NCBI RefSeq assembly: GCF_001194135.2
Contig: NC_068981.1
Span: 165,192,308 to 165,256,307, forward strand
Origin: Octopus bimaculoides
Taxonomy: Eukaryota
Length of the DNA stretch: 64,000 bases
Direction: 5' to 3'
This document shows positions 40,599 to 53,222 of this stretch, piece after piece (position 1 is the first letter of the stretch; each line of letters opens with the position of its first letter). The position numbers were made by a program, and so were the translations under genes. The notes beneath the pieces were generated by a model. It was not told the origin of the DNA, searched no databases, and worked only from the letters and a program-made list of their open reading frames with translations.

Positions 40599-41647
40599 AA
40601 GAAGAAGAAGAAGAAGAAGAAGAAGAAGAAGAATATAAACCTAAATATTAATAAGAATAAAAATAATGAACCCCAAAGAACCAATATAACCAATATAACC
40701 TTTCACATAGAAATAACCCCAATAAAACTGATACGAACAATAATAAAGATAAAAACAACAATAGAAAGAAATACAATAACCGTAACTACAACTTCACACG
40801 CTATGCGAATACTGAGAGTAGCTTCTATACCAAAAATAACAATATTAATAATAAACGAAATAGCGATAAGATCTGGTTAATAATCCCCTTCGCCATGCAG
40901 CTCAAATCTAACATAATTCGCCCCATAAATGAGACTCATAGATAAGCACTTGAATTTAAATTATAAATATGCAGCAATATTTAAGAATAAAGTTAGAGTA
41001 GGCTATTGCCTGACTAGTAACATAGCTACTATCATAGCCTTGATAAATAATAAGCTAGACACCTTCTGCGAAACTAGGAAAATTAGCAACATAAAACATA
41101 ACAGCCAACTGGCAAATAGAATAAATCTCACCCATAATGACGCGCCTTCAAGCAACACAGACAACGACCCGAGAAACAATAGCCCCCGCCCCTTCAACAC
41201 AACAGTAGCACAGATAAACTGAATATTTTATGTGGCTACAGAGACAGAAATAAGTGTCAATTCTCTAATAGGTGTAAAACAAAAAATGTAGTATACCAAT
41301 GCGACGTACTCGCAAATAACCATACAAAATCTATATAGGATCCACGAAAAATCAAATGATAATTAGGTACTATTCCCACCAATCTAGTTTTAGAAATAGA
41401 GGTAAAGCAAACTTTACAGGGTTTAGTAGCTACATCTGGGAATTAAAGAACAAAACAAATCAGTTATAGTTTAGAATGGCGTATCATAGCAAAAACCTCA
41501 TCCTATAACACTACCAATAATCGGTGTGATCTCTGTTTAACAGAACTCGAAATATTAATGGCTAAACCGCTTCTACTCAAAAAGAAATTTGAAAATAATA
41601 AAATTTGTCTACATATAGGCCAATTTGTCTTTTCTAAGTTTCGTTAA
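39655..41647 (+). mobile_element. Decayed Penelope-like retroelement, Naiad-like (RT core + thumb + C-terminal GIY-YIG)
   Basis: FDITMGA..GLVGIYLL..GLYRDDAL..TITIEN..INYLD..PYIKPNTNLKYINASSNYP..ALDKAGY; then IWL..LIDKHL..KVRVGYC; then CGYR..C..RCKTKNVVYQ..YIGST..RYYSHQSSF..SSYIWELK..W..CDLCLTE..CLH. Multiple stops and frameshifts. Confidence 0.92.
40509..40632. repeat. (GAT)n(AAG)n microsatellite inside the PLE linker
   Basis: Directly visible. Confidence 0.95.
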
Positions 41648-42599
41648 ACCCTCTCAATCCCGCACACATCACTACCTCGTAGCCTTAACCGTACTAGCAG
41701 ATTTACTCATCGGCGTATTACCTCACCTAAACCTAATGCTTACCTAACTCGCTTACACCAATCCAAACTTACATTATAAATAAATAAACAATATACTTAA
41801 TCCATATTCTACGTTACCGTACTACAAACCCGCATTATAAACCAATAATTATATACCTATTCTACATCCTATGCTAGCCTATTCCCATAAATCCTTTTAG
41901 TCGAAAACCACCAACGCTACTTACACGCAAATGTTCCCTTTCCAACCCCCGTTCTCCTTGCACTCTTCATAACTAGATATTATTATGCCAATGAGACTTT
42001 CTACACGCTGGATCGGACTGACACTCGATTTATACTTTACACTAATATACGGCTTCCTGTATAAATACGAGCCGCCTACAACCTATAACTTACTGACACA
42101 TAGGTCCTTATAACCACACCGGTTATCCTTAATTAGAGTTAACTCCCTTACATTGCACCGGAGGTTAACCCCCAGAAGTCACTCACATGTGGAAGCCATG
42201 CTATTAAATAACCATGAAACCACAGATTCAACTAACTTCTATTCTTCCATCTCACAACGGACTTAATGAACTGTGAACCTAACTATAATGTAAGACTTTC
42301 GAAATTTTGATCATTTTTTTCCGATGCATCCCGCTATTTTTCGCTCTTTTATCTACGTCTAACTTCTTCGTTCTGATGATGTCTACCATTGGCAACGATG
42401 TAAAAATATAAATAAATATTTTCCTCACCATGGTACACAGAAACGATCGTAAACTCACTCTTACTCTCACCTTTCTTAACTAATTGAATAATGGATTCCT
42501 AGCGCAAAAGACACACTTATTATTGTTATTTTTCCTCCATTTTCTTTTCACCTATATATATATTGTGGTACCCCTACAAAAAACAAGACATAATAAGGA

Positions 42600-43140
42600 T
42601 CGAAGCGCCACAAAGGTCAATCACAAAAAAATAAATAAATGGCATGATGGGACTTGATTACTGGGCTCGACTTAAACAGCTGAAGTTCTATTCTCTGCAA
42701 TGCCGCTGAGAGCGCTACATTATTTACACAATGTGGAAAATTCCACCATTATTATCCAAATGATATTGGTATTATGTTTACAATTCACCCAAGACTAGGC
42801 CCCCGTGCAATACACCCTAAACGAAGGTCGAGATCACATCACATGAACATTGTGACACAATTTCTCCACTGCAAATGGCCCTGCAATTTTCAATGTTGTC
42901 CCAAAAGAAATGAAAGTAGAAAAAGACCCCACAACGTTCAAACGGTACCTGGACCAAGTCCTCCAGCAAATACCGAATAAACCACCTACACCTGGATACG
43001 TCTCAACCAACAACAACTCTCTGCTTGAGTGGTCCATGGTGTCCCGAAATAATTAACTAAAAGACTTTTCCATGTGGTGCTATTGAGTTAGTCATGGCCG
43101 GGGCCGGTAATGGCCGAAACCAATCTAAATTATCTAAGTT
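42600..43140 (+). mobile_element. CR1-clade LINE 3' end (post-RT domain + 3' UTR)
   Basis: EAPQRSITKKINGMMGLDYWARLKQLKFYSLQCR*ERY..WKI..GPAIFNVVPK..FKRYLDQVLQQIPNKP..NNNSLLEW. Confidence 0.88.
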
Positions 43141-43320
43141 ATATATATTCAAATTAATCTTTAATTGCAGACTGTGATTAATAAATATGAATCTAATGTT
43201 TATTGAATTCTATATCAAGGTTTGTTTCCATTTTGCATTGATAATTAGTTGTTATATACAATTTTGTTTATTTGTTTGTTTATTTATTTGCTTACTTGCT
43301 TATTTGTTTGTGTTTATCCT

Positions 43321-44864
43321 TTTCAAAAATTCATTCGGAAGACATCTTTATAATGTATTGTTTGTTTGTTGTTTGGCTTTATAATGTATTGTTTGTTTGT
43401 TTGTTGTTTGTTTGGCTGACTGGCTGAATGGATATTTCCTATCCTCCCCCTCCTTGTCATGATAATTGTTATATTCGTCGTGGTCGTCACAAACGTCTTC
43501 TCATCATCATCCTTATCATCATCATTATCAGCAGGGGTAGAAGCAGCTGCATTACTGATGTAAATACTCTCAATGTCGTCGCCTTCAGCATCAGCTTCAG
43601 CGTCATCACCATTATTACCGCCGTCGTCGTTTTCATCATCATCATCACCGTCATCATCAACAGCGTCATCTTCATCTTGCTATCTTCCGTGAGGATGCTA
43701 TCATCACCATCCATCATAATTATGTTTCCCTATCGTCGTCATGTTTATCATAGACAATACCATTATCAACCTAAACGTAATCATATTGATCAGCAGCAGC
43801 AGCAACACTGCCATCATTGTCTTCGTCATTGTCGTGATCTTGTCATCATCATCATCATCATCATCATCATCACCATCTTCTCCCTTTATTTTGGTCAACA
43901 CTATCGCCATGTTCACAGCAGTCGCAGATAACTTCCTCGGCATCATCACCACCATTTTAATTTTCAAAATCATTTAATTATTATAGTTACCTTTGTTACC
44001 AGCTCGAAATTGCTTTAAATGAGTATCAGTCATATACTAGGTGGAAAAAATTGACGTTCTTGGGGAAGCTCTAGGTGACCACGAGGATGAACTAACTGAT
44101 CTGTTTCGGGGGACTTTAGGGCCCTTTACCACCATGGATAATTTCCAGAAATCCTTGGCCTGGCAGGACTATCAAGGAGTATAGCCAGTTCGAAATGAAC
44201 CCTACAGGCACGGAAGCGTTGTCAAGCTGGACTGTCCGAGATCAGCGCAGAACGACGAAACTATTCTGTACGCACGAAACTATTCTGACGAAACCATTCT
44301 GCACAAATAACTCGATTGATGACAACAACGACGACAATATAACTGCACTATACTCCGAATGTAAATTCGAATAACGAAACAGTATCTTTGGAAACTCCAA
44401 TAAAGAATATTTTCCTGAAAGCAATAAGGCTTGGAGCATTCTGTCGCAAATCAGGAGCCAGCTTAACACAGCTCATTACAAAACGAGAGTAAATTATCTA
44501 TCGCTTCACGAAGACACTGGAGCTTCCTCGATGGGCCGGCTTTTGAAAAATTCATTCGGAAGACATCTTTATAATGTGTTGTTTGTTTGTTTGTTGTTTG
44601 TCTGGTTGGCTGACTGGCTGAATGGATATTGCCTATCCTCCACCTCCTCCTCCTTGTCATGATAATTGTTATATTCGTCGTGGTCGTCACAAACGTCTTC
44701 TCATCATCGTCCTTATCATCATCATTATCTGCTGGGGTGGCAGCAGCTGCATTACTGATGTCGTCGCCTTCAGCATCAGCTTCAGCGTTATCACTATTAT
44801 TACCGCCGTCGAAGTTATCGTCATCACCATCAACATGATCATCATCATCATCATCATCATCACC

Positions 44865-44914
<50 letters not shown>

Positions 44915-44994
44915 CATCATCAACCTCTACATCATCATCATCATCATCATCATCATCAACAACAACAACATCATCATCATCATCTTGCTATCTT
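43321..44994. repeat. Local direct duplication of a unit of about 370-450 bp (43321-43686 and 44542-44994)
   Basis: Shared unique anchors ttcattcggaagacatctttataatg, gataattgttatattcgtcgtggtcgtcacaaacgtcttc and catcttgctatctt. The copies differ by SNPs and microsatellite length. Confidence 0.9.
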
Positions 44995-45189
44995 TGAATA
45001 TCCTCGTGAAAAACTTCCTCACCAACTCGAACGAACATAAAAACACTATTGGACTGATTTCAAACATTTCTTTTCCACTGTTGGATATTTTTGATTTGAT
45101 TGCTGTACGAATATAATGACAATAATTATTGTTATACTTGTGTTTGTTTTGAAATAAACAGAGAGGGAATTAAAAAAAAAACGTGGATT

Positions 45190-45815
45190 TAGCGATCAAT
45201 CATGGCGACTGGTTGGAAAAATGTAGTCGGACAGGAGAGCTAAGAAGAAGGGGAGATAATAAAGAACTGGTGATTCCAAAACGAAGGTGCGCGTGCGTTT
45301 GTATGTGAGTGTGTAAGTCTGTGCGTGTGGATAGAGGCTAATGACTTTGATGTGCGGATGTGTGCGTGTGCAAGTGTGTAAGTGTGTGTGTGCGTCTGTA
45401 ATGTGTAGATGTGTGGATGATGATGTGTGAGTGTGCGGATTATGGTGTGTGGGTGTGCAGATGATGGTGTGTGGTGTGGGTGCTGGGAAGTGGTCAGTGC
45501 TAGTGCGTATGGAGTGGTGTGGGGTGATGTGATGTTGTGTGGTGGTGCGGTGGTGTGTGGTATGGTGTGGTGATGTGGAGGTGTGGGGAGGGAGGTGTAA
45601 AGGTAGGTATTGGGTATGTGGGTTGGAATGTGCGGAGATGGAGGGGGTGTCAACCAAGGGAAAAGCTGAGTAAGAGTGAAGAGAGGACTAAGTGTCAAGA
45701 CACAGATAGGTGTTATAATGAATGACCGGTAGAACGGAAAAGACGCGAGACCGGGGTGTCATTGCCGAGTCTAATGTTTCGAAAGTGCTCCGTGAACCGA
45801 TCAGCCAAGCGTGAA
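45190..45815 (-). mobile_element. Penelope-like (Neptune-like) GIY-YIG remnant with a CAC-rich 3' region
   Basis: RLADRFTEHFRNIRLGNDTPVSRLFRSTGHS matches the post-YIG helix of PLE endonucleases. The extent of the 3' region and the lineage are inferred. Confidence 0.55.
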
Positions 45816-46113
45816 TTCTTACTAGGTGGTTCACACTGAAGAGGCTCAAGGATTATATATACAAAAGCGGAAACCCGATTATGTTGATGTTCTAAACTGC
45901 ATAATATTTTATTTTGTGCTATTGAATACATTAATTCTTTCCGTTTTCCTCGCCTACTGTTTTTCTTTATCTTGATGCTGTACGGTGGATTAATTAAGAC
46001 TTTAGCTCTTATTTCCAGTAGGTGTATGCTTTTTAAGCATCATTACGTTTCATGCAATTATATATATATATATATATATATATACATACATACAGACAGA
46101 CAGACAGACAGAC

Positions 46114-46188
<75 letters not shown>

Positions 46189-46592
46189 AAGCAACTGGTT
46201 ATAGCTTTATGAAGGATTCAGTCAATAATGTTGACTGATTTGCGCCAGTAGATTGCCTGATCAAGGAAAATAACGAAATATTAGTGCTAAATTCGTTCAG
46301 AGTTGCCTCTCTTAGGCATATCTCATTGACAAGAGCCAATATGCTTGAAACATCACTGTCTGGGATTCCTAATAGATGGCGACACTGAAGATTTTTTCTC
46401 CACGATAACTGCAGTGTATTTGCCTTTAGCAGTTGAAATATGTCACAAACATATTTCAACTAACCTAAATTCTGCTTATGCCTAAACACTCCTTAACGCT
46501 AATATTTCGTTAAATATATATATATATATATACGCACACACTCACACAAACGTACACACACATACACACACACATACATGCAGAAAGAGAGA

Positions 46593-46659
<67 letters not shown>

Positions 46660-47050
46660 TTAACTGGGACATTGGAATTTTTTTTTCAAGCTTTGATTCT
46701 CGCGTCGGAAAATGTTCTCTAATTATTTTTAAAATTCTTTTTTAAATAGTAAAATACCCACACACACACATGCACACATACACACATAAGGCCTAAAATA
46801 GTTTCAAAGAGACGATTTAATTGAGAAACATAGAAAACAATAAGTCTATTTCAAAAATTGGATTATTATTGGGATACATCACAACTATTGGTTTCATCTC
46901 CATAGATTCAGATGTTCAAGTAAGTCTTAAACAAACTTATTTCAACGATGAAATCATTAAGACAAAATAGAATAATTAACTGCAGAAACATTTTAGGGTG
47001 AAACTACAAGCTATATCGTGACATGTTTATGGGATGGGGTGCGTGCGAAT

Positions 47051-47086
<36 letters not shown>

Positions 47087-47515
47087 GTGGAGTATAAATG
47101 TCAGCGCAAAACCGAATAACTGGTGACACGTTCTTGTCACTCATGCAGTCAGGAAGGCTCAGAACCAATGGTTTTGCTCGTTGGAAACCTGTAAGCAACG
47201 ACGCAATTTCCCATAAATTGTGATATATGAAAATAAACCCAAAAAACTAAGGGAGTTAAATAAGGAATTAATATTGATTACCATCTTTCCCGACTTTCAC
47301 TGACACCTTCACTCCATGGCTTGTACCCTTCTTCCATATCATCGTCGTCATTGTCATTGTCGTCGTCATCGTCGTCATACTCCTCCCCTTCCGCTCCCCT
47401 CGACTTCGTCCTCTTTCTCCTCATCATCGTCATCTAGATAATCATTCTATCTTTCTCTATACATTGCTCCTTTCTTCAGTTTAACAAACATGCGCGCGCG
47501 CGCACATAGACATGC

Positions 47516-47558
<43 letters not shown>

Positions 47559-47894
47559 TGTATGTATTTATGTATGCCTGTATATATATTTGCATCTATG
47601 TATATATANNNNNNNNNNNNNNNNNNNNNNNNNNNNNNNNNNNNNNNNNNNNNNNNNNNNNNNNNNNNNNNNNNNNNNNNNNNNNNNNNNNNNNNNNNNN
47701 NNNNNNNNNNNNNNNNNNNNNNNNNNNNNNNNNNNNNNNNNNNNNNNGTACACACATACACACACACATATATATATATATATTTTCTTCCCTAAGCGTC
47801 TGCTAATACTTTACATGTACTACGTACACGCGTTGTTTTTTTGTGCTTGCTGTTCGTTTTCTTTTCGGATTTACTATTTTATATAAATATATGC

Positions 47895-47948
<54 letters not shown>

Positions 47949-48078
47949 TCACATAACCATTATTATTTTGTGTAAGGCTAGATTTTTCGAAGATAAATCT
48001 ATTTCTAATTTACAAACTTCTAGTATTTGTATTATGGTTCTTCTCTTGATCACTCATTCGCACACATGCAAATATATA

Positions 48079-48109
<31 letters not shown>

Positions 48110-49699
48110 GCGCGCGCATACATATAAGTGCAAACAACACGCACATTCACACACACACCTACGCATAAAGATATACACATGCTTGTGCATATACATATAC
48201 ATAAATACATACATACATATATATACATATATGTATATATATAGGGAGAGAGAGATATATATAGATATAGATGTATATATAAATATATACATACATACAT
48301 ATAGGGTAGTCTTTCTATCATTTAGGATTATTTTTGCTGCTGTTTCAGTAATATTTGTTGATATTTTCTTTTGTTGTTATGTTGTTGCTGTTTAGTTTTA
48401 ACATTTTTTGTTTAATTCTTTTGTGAGCCTTATCTGACTTCGTTATCTGTCACATCTTAATTTTTTTGTTTTATGTTGTTTGTTTTTAGTTTTCGTTTTC
48501 GTTTGTTTTGTTTTTTGCTTTGTTTATTTTTTTTTTTACCCCTTATTCTTTTTGCCATTGTCAAGAAGTTGTGACTAATCTTGATAAATTCAAAGAAACA
48601 AAACACAAAATCGCATGCAACATAAAAGTAACGGTGTAATGATGATGACGATGACAATGATGAGGGGAGGAGGAGGATAACTATGGCGGCGGCAGCGGCG
48701 GTAGCGGCGGTNNNNNNNNNNNNNNNNNNNNNNNNNNNNNNNNNNNNNNNNNNNNNNNNNNNNNNNNNNNNNNNNNNNNNNNNNNNNNNNNNNNNNNNNN
48801 NNNNNNNNNNNNNNNNNNNNNNNNNNNNNNNNNNNNNNNNNNNNNNNNNNNNNNNNNNNNNNNNNNNNNNNNNNNNNNNNNNNNNNNNNNNNNNNNNNNN
48901 NNNNNNNNNNNNNNNNNNNNNNNNNNNNNNNNNNNNNNNNNNNNNNNNNNNNNNNNNNNNNNNNNNNNNNNNNNNNNNNNNNNNNNNNNNNNNNNNNNNN
49001 NNNNNNNNNNNNNNNNNNNNNNNNNNNNNNNNNNNNNNNNNNNNNNNNNNNNNNNNNNNNNNNNNNNNGATGATGATGATGATGATGATGACAATGACAA
49101 CGATAACAACCACGTTGATGACGATGACAACCACGATGACGATGACGACGCCGCCGACGAGTACGCAATGTAATAGGAAGTAGAGAAGAGAAGGGTGTAA
49201 AAGAAGCAGAAGGAAATAGTAATAATGCAAATCCGATGTTGAAGAGGAAAGGAATGTCTTACCCCAACTAACTTAACCGCCAAATTTTGCTGAGAGGTCG
49301 ACGTGATGAGGGTCAGCATTTCACCTTGGTGCGCGGCCTTGCTCTGAACATGTGCTTGTTGGTCATGGTCTGAATTTTGAAAGAGAGCATTTGCCATTGG
49401 TAGACAGAGGAGTTTGGGATTTATGCTAGCGTCCTTTGATGGACCCCTTGGTGGTCGTTTCCACATTGGAACTTCTTTCACCTCTTAATATGTTTATATA
49501 GTCTCTGCATAGAATGAAATAAAAGCCACTAAAATAGCAAATGGATCAAATCTGCTGCATCCCTTTCAACAGAAAGCATGGCCCTCGCACCAAACAAACG
49601 CATCGTTTATATAAATGTACAAAAGTAGAATCTATGTATTTGCATATAAAACAATATGATACATTATGATATAATATAAAATAATATAATATAATAAGG

Positions 49700-49817
49700 G
49701 TAAAGGGGTAAAGGACTAGATCCCTTTGTTCTAGAATGATCATGGGATTGCACCTAGAAAGTTCACTTCCTAGACACGAGTCTGGGAATCGAACTCACAA
49801 CCTTACGACGGTAAGCC
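49700..49817 (-). mobile_element. Internally deleted SINE family C (head fused to tail)
   Basis: catgggattgcacctagaaagt tail joined to gggaatcgaactcac (reverse complement of the B box). Confidence 0.65.
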
Positions 49818-50895
49818 ATATATATGTATATATATATATATATNNNNNNNNNNNNNNNNNNNNNNNNNNNNNNNNNNNNNNNNNNNNNNNNNNNNNNNNN
49901 NNNNNNNNNNNNNNNNNNNNNNNNNNNNNNNNNNNNNNNNNNNNNNNNNNNNNNNNNNNNNNNNNNNNNNNNNNNNNNNNNNNNNNNNNNNNNNNNNNNN
50001 NNNNNNNNNNNNNNNNNNNNNNNNNNNNNNNNNNNNNNNNNNNNNNNNNNNNNNNNNNNNNNNNNNNNNNNNNNNNNNNNNNNNNNNNNNNNNNNNNNNN
50101 NNNNNNNNNNNNNNNNNNNNNNNNNNNNNNNNNNNNNNNNNNNNNNNNNNNNNNNNNNNNNNNNNNNNNNNNNNNNNNNNNNNNNNNNNNNNNNNNNNNN
50201 NNNNNNNTATGTATGTATGTATGTATGTATGTATGTATGTATGTATGTATGTATCATCTTGTTGAACAAGCCGTTAGAGACGAATCTCGAAGTCCCAGTT
50301 GAATAAACTTCCATCCAACTATCTTCTCCGCTCACTCATCCTAGAAGAGTCCTGTAGCATTTCCTTCAAAAGATCATATCGTAAGCAACCGTCATTTGAC
50401 TTTCTGGATGGATTTTCAAGTATGACCAGCTGAGACTATAAATATTATCTAAACTTTTCATTCACGATCTATCATTAAGTTTCTAGCTGCTTGGTTCGAG
50501 TTGAAGAATGTCTTGCGATCCTTTTCTGTGACATCGAAAATCACATGTCTGAAGTAGCGGAGCAATGACATCTGAATGCAGAGCGCAGCTTCATGATCTT
50601 CGAGTTACGCATTCTGTCGAATAACTTATATACGCGATCGTACTATCATGCTCTTTCGGTCAACACCAATGAGGTGGATAGGCATGAAGACCTATTCTAA
50701 GATAGAGAGTTTGGCATTTTTATCAACTTTTCCTTTTCTGAAAGCAAATACTCCACAGGTGATTTTAAACAAATAATCATTTATATAATTATATATACGT
50801 AAAGAATAGGAATTGACCTGCTCGCTAAGTGTTTAACGAGACATGTTGAAATACCTTGATTCTAGCAAATCCTACAATTGAATGATACTATATAT

Positions 50896-50931
<36 letters not shown>

Positions 50932-51061
50932 TTGTATGTATACATAGATGTATGTGTGTATGTATGTATGTATGTATGTATGCATGCATGCATGTATGTA
51001 TCTATGTATGTATGCATGTATGTATGTATGTATGTATGTATGTATGTATGTATGTACATAG

Positions 51062-51250
51062 GAGGAGAATTCACACAAAAAAGCAAAAGATGAAGACAGG
51101 TGGTGTAGACAACAAGCAAATGTATTAGTATAACGCTCGGGAAGTGAAAAAGTCTTTAACATTTCGAGCCTACGCTCTTCCACAGAAAGGAACACAGAAA
51201 GAAACAAAGAGAGAAAAAACGAATGTATAGTGGCTAGCGATCTATCATGG
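51062..51250 (-). mobile_element. Second short putative repeat with a hammerhead-like motif
   Basis: Contains the 51154-51189 motif; its flanks differ from those of the 24247-24435 element. Confidence 0.55.
51154..51189 (-). ncRNA. Variant minimal type-I hammerhead-like motif
   Basis: CTTT-CTGTGGA-A-GAGC gtag GCTC-GAAA-TGTT-AAAG. Perfect 4-bp stems I and II; core has A6>U. Confidence 0.55.
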
Positions 51251-51650
51251 TGAATGCCGATGTATGTATGTATGTTTGTATGTATGTATGTATGTATGTA
51301 TGCATGTATGTATGCATATATGTCGCTATAATTTTATGTATATATGTATATATATATATATATCAGTACTGCAATTTTAATTTTCTTTCATATATACTTC
51401 ACTCAATTTCGAGCAGCATGTTTTTATCATTTAAATTAGTCGCTGTTGTTATTTAACGCAGTTTGATCAAAATCTTTTGAACGCTCTCCCCACATTACTA
51501 TTTCATGCTTCTCTTGAGCGTTAATCATCTAGAGAATTACAGTAATTCGATGTATCCTTCCTTTTTCATGAAGGTTGGATGTGATTTCTGATACATTTCC
51601 TTTCTTGCAAGTCGCTTAATCATAATGAATCCGCGAAGCTTTAATCTTAC

Positions 51651-51691
51651 CTGAAATCGCAGGCGTCTTTAAGTCTTCGTTTATCGTTCAC
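51651..51691 (-). CDS. Candidate small internal exon (VNDKRRLKDACDF-R)
   Basis: tttaatgacag| acceptor and CAG|GTAAGA donor; open in phase 0 to phase 2. Confidence 0.25.
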
Positions 51692-51974
51692 CTGTCATTA
51701 AATATTACATTGGCGCTTCCAGCATTAGCGCAATACATGCCTAATATACAGAAATTAATACAAATAACAAATCAGATTTTAATGTAAATGTCTTACTTTT
51801 ATAAAGGACAGTCGGCCACACATGACATACATGCTAAATGTGCCTTATATGAATTCTACCGGGACCTAATCCGAGACAACGATAAATTCGCAAGAGAAGC
51901 AAAATAACAACTCAAGACACGTGTATTTTGGTGAATAAACTGAAAACTTACCTTCATATTTACTTGAAATCTGG

Positions 51975-52405
51975 CCAATGAGGTAACCCCTATGCGGTCG
52001 ATTGACTTCTAGACATAGCAGCTAAATATCCTTCAAATCATAGCCTTCAATAAAAGACATTGGATAATGTGGCCCGAGATATACTGCGTATGAAAATAGG
52101 ATGGCCGGTCAGTGTTCTGTTATCTTTGATCTGGATCAACACCAACGATCAGGGCACCGGATCAGCAACACCAACGAATAACAGCAACCCCAATGATCCG
52201 GGTGCCGCAAAGCAATGAGGGTCCACAAAGAGATTGCTTAACCTACTAGAGATAGCAGCTAATTTTACCATACATCACACCCAGGCGTCTTAAATAAAAA
52301 AGAAAATGTAGTTACATTAAACAATATAATTCTTTGCATGCAAAGGCAGGATAGTCCCGGCTAGAACGCTTTATTTTGCATAGGCAAAATTAAATAACAA
52401 CAATA
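51975..52405 (+). repeat. Two degenerate family D repeat copies
   Basis: ctagacatagcagctaaat / ctagagatagcagctaatt, cattggataatgtgg and aaataacaacaa tail motifs. Confidence 0.5.
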
Positions 52406-52824
52406 AAGATAACTTGAAATCTTGGGACCTAATCACAGAATTTACAAAGATTGAAATCTTTCCACATATATGCATACAGAAACTTGCCTTTTAAAAGCCG
52501 TTGACAAAATGAAAACCGCCGAACTTCATGATTTTAATCCTCATTGATCTAGAAAGCCCAGCTTGATAGAAACTATTATTGTAAATGTTCGAATTACGCT
52601 ACAACTTTGAAACAATTTTGTTTGCTCATCGTATATAGATGTCTCCATCTATTTGTATCTTAATAAAATAACAATTAGGAATAACGCCTGGCTTTACATG
52701 TGGTGTGTGTGAGAGTGTATATGTTTATGTACGTGTATGTGTGCACGTTTCATAATAAATAAAGTGCAGAAAACAAAGAGACAAGGAGACACAGATATGA
52801 CAAAGAGACGACAGACAGACAGCC

Positions 52825-52855
<31 letters not shown>

Positions 52856-53133
52856 AATAACGGGCGCTTATATTTGTTGTCTATAGAGGGCCTGAATATG
52901 CTTTTAGGCATACGCAAGTATATGTATGCATGTATGTATGTATGTATATAAATATATACATACACAAACACAGACACATACATACATGCATGCATACACA
53001 GAGGATTCCAATAACAGATATACATTCATATACATATAGGTTTTGACAACCATTTGATAAGAAAATCCTTGCCAAACTCTGAATGTGTGTGCTGTTATGT
53101 GCTTGTGGTGGTAGGCGTGTGCATGCATACATG

Positions 53134-53222
<89 letters not shown>

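Noticed and set aside
41220-41647. Possible selenocysteine (in-frame TGA) in the Naiad-like endonuclease, as reported for some Naiads
   Set aside because: The conserved Cys positions I could read are TGT/TGC (one is TAC); no TGA occurs at these positions.
42373-42400. CTGATGA followed by a weak stem downstream of the Naiad-like element
   Set aside because: No GAAA follows the stem and no stem I is evident; at best a heavily decayed hammerhead.
43093-43122. Stem + GAAAC at the CR1 and SINE A tails as a hammerhead
   Set aside because: No CUGAnGA precedes the stem; better explained as a LINE 3' recognition stem-loop.
46199-46459. 86-aa minus-strand ORF in non-repetitive sequence
   Set aside because: No recognisable domain or convincing splice sites; the opposite strand is similarly open.
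49263-49481. 73-codon open minus-strand frame ending at GGG|GTAAGA
   Set aside because: Weak acceptor in that frame and no recognisable homology; cannot be supported as CDS.
50250-50700. GC-richer segment that may be a decayed TE coding remnant (similarly 56150-56600 and 61920-62560)
   Set aside because: No diagnostic motif could be read in any frame.
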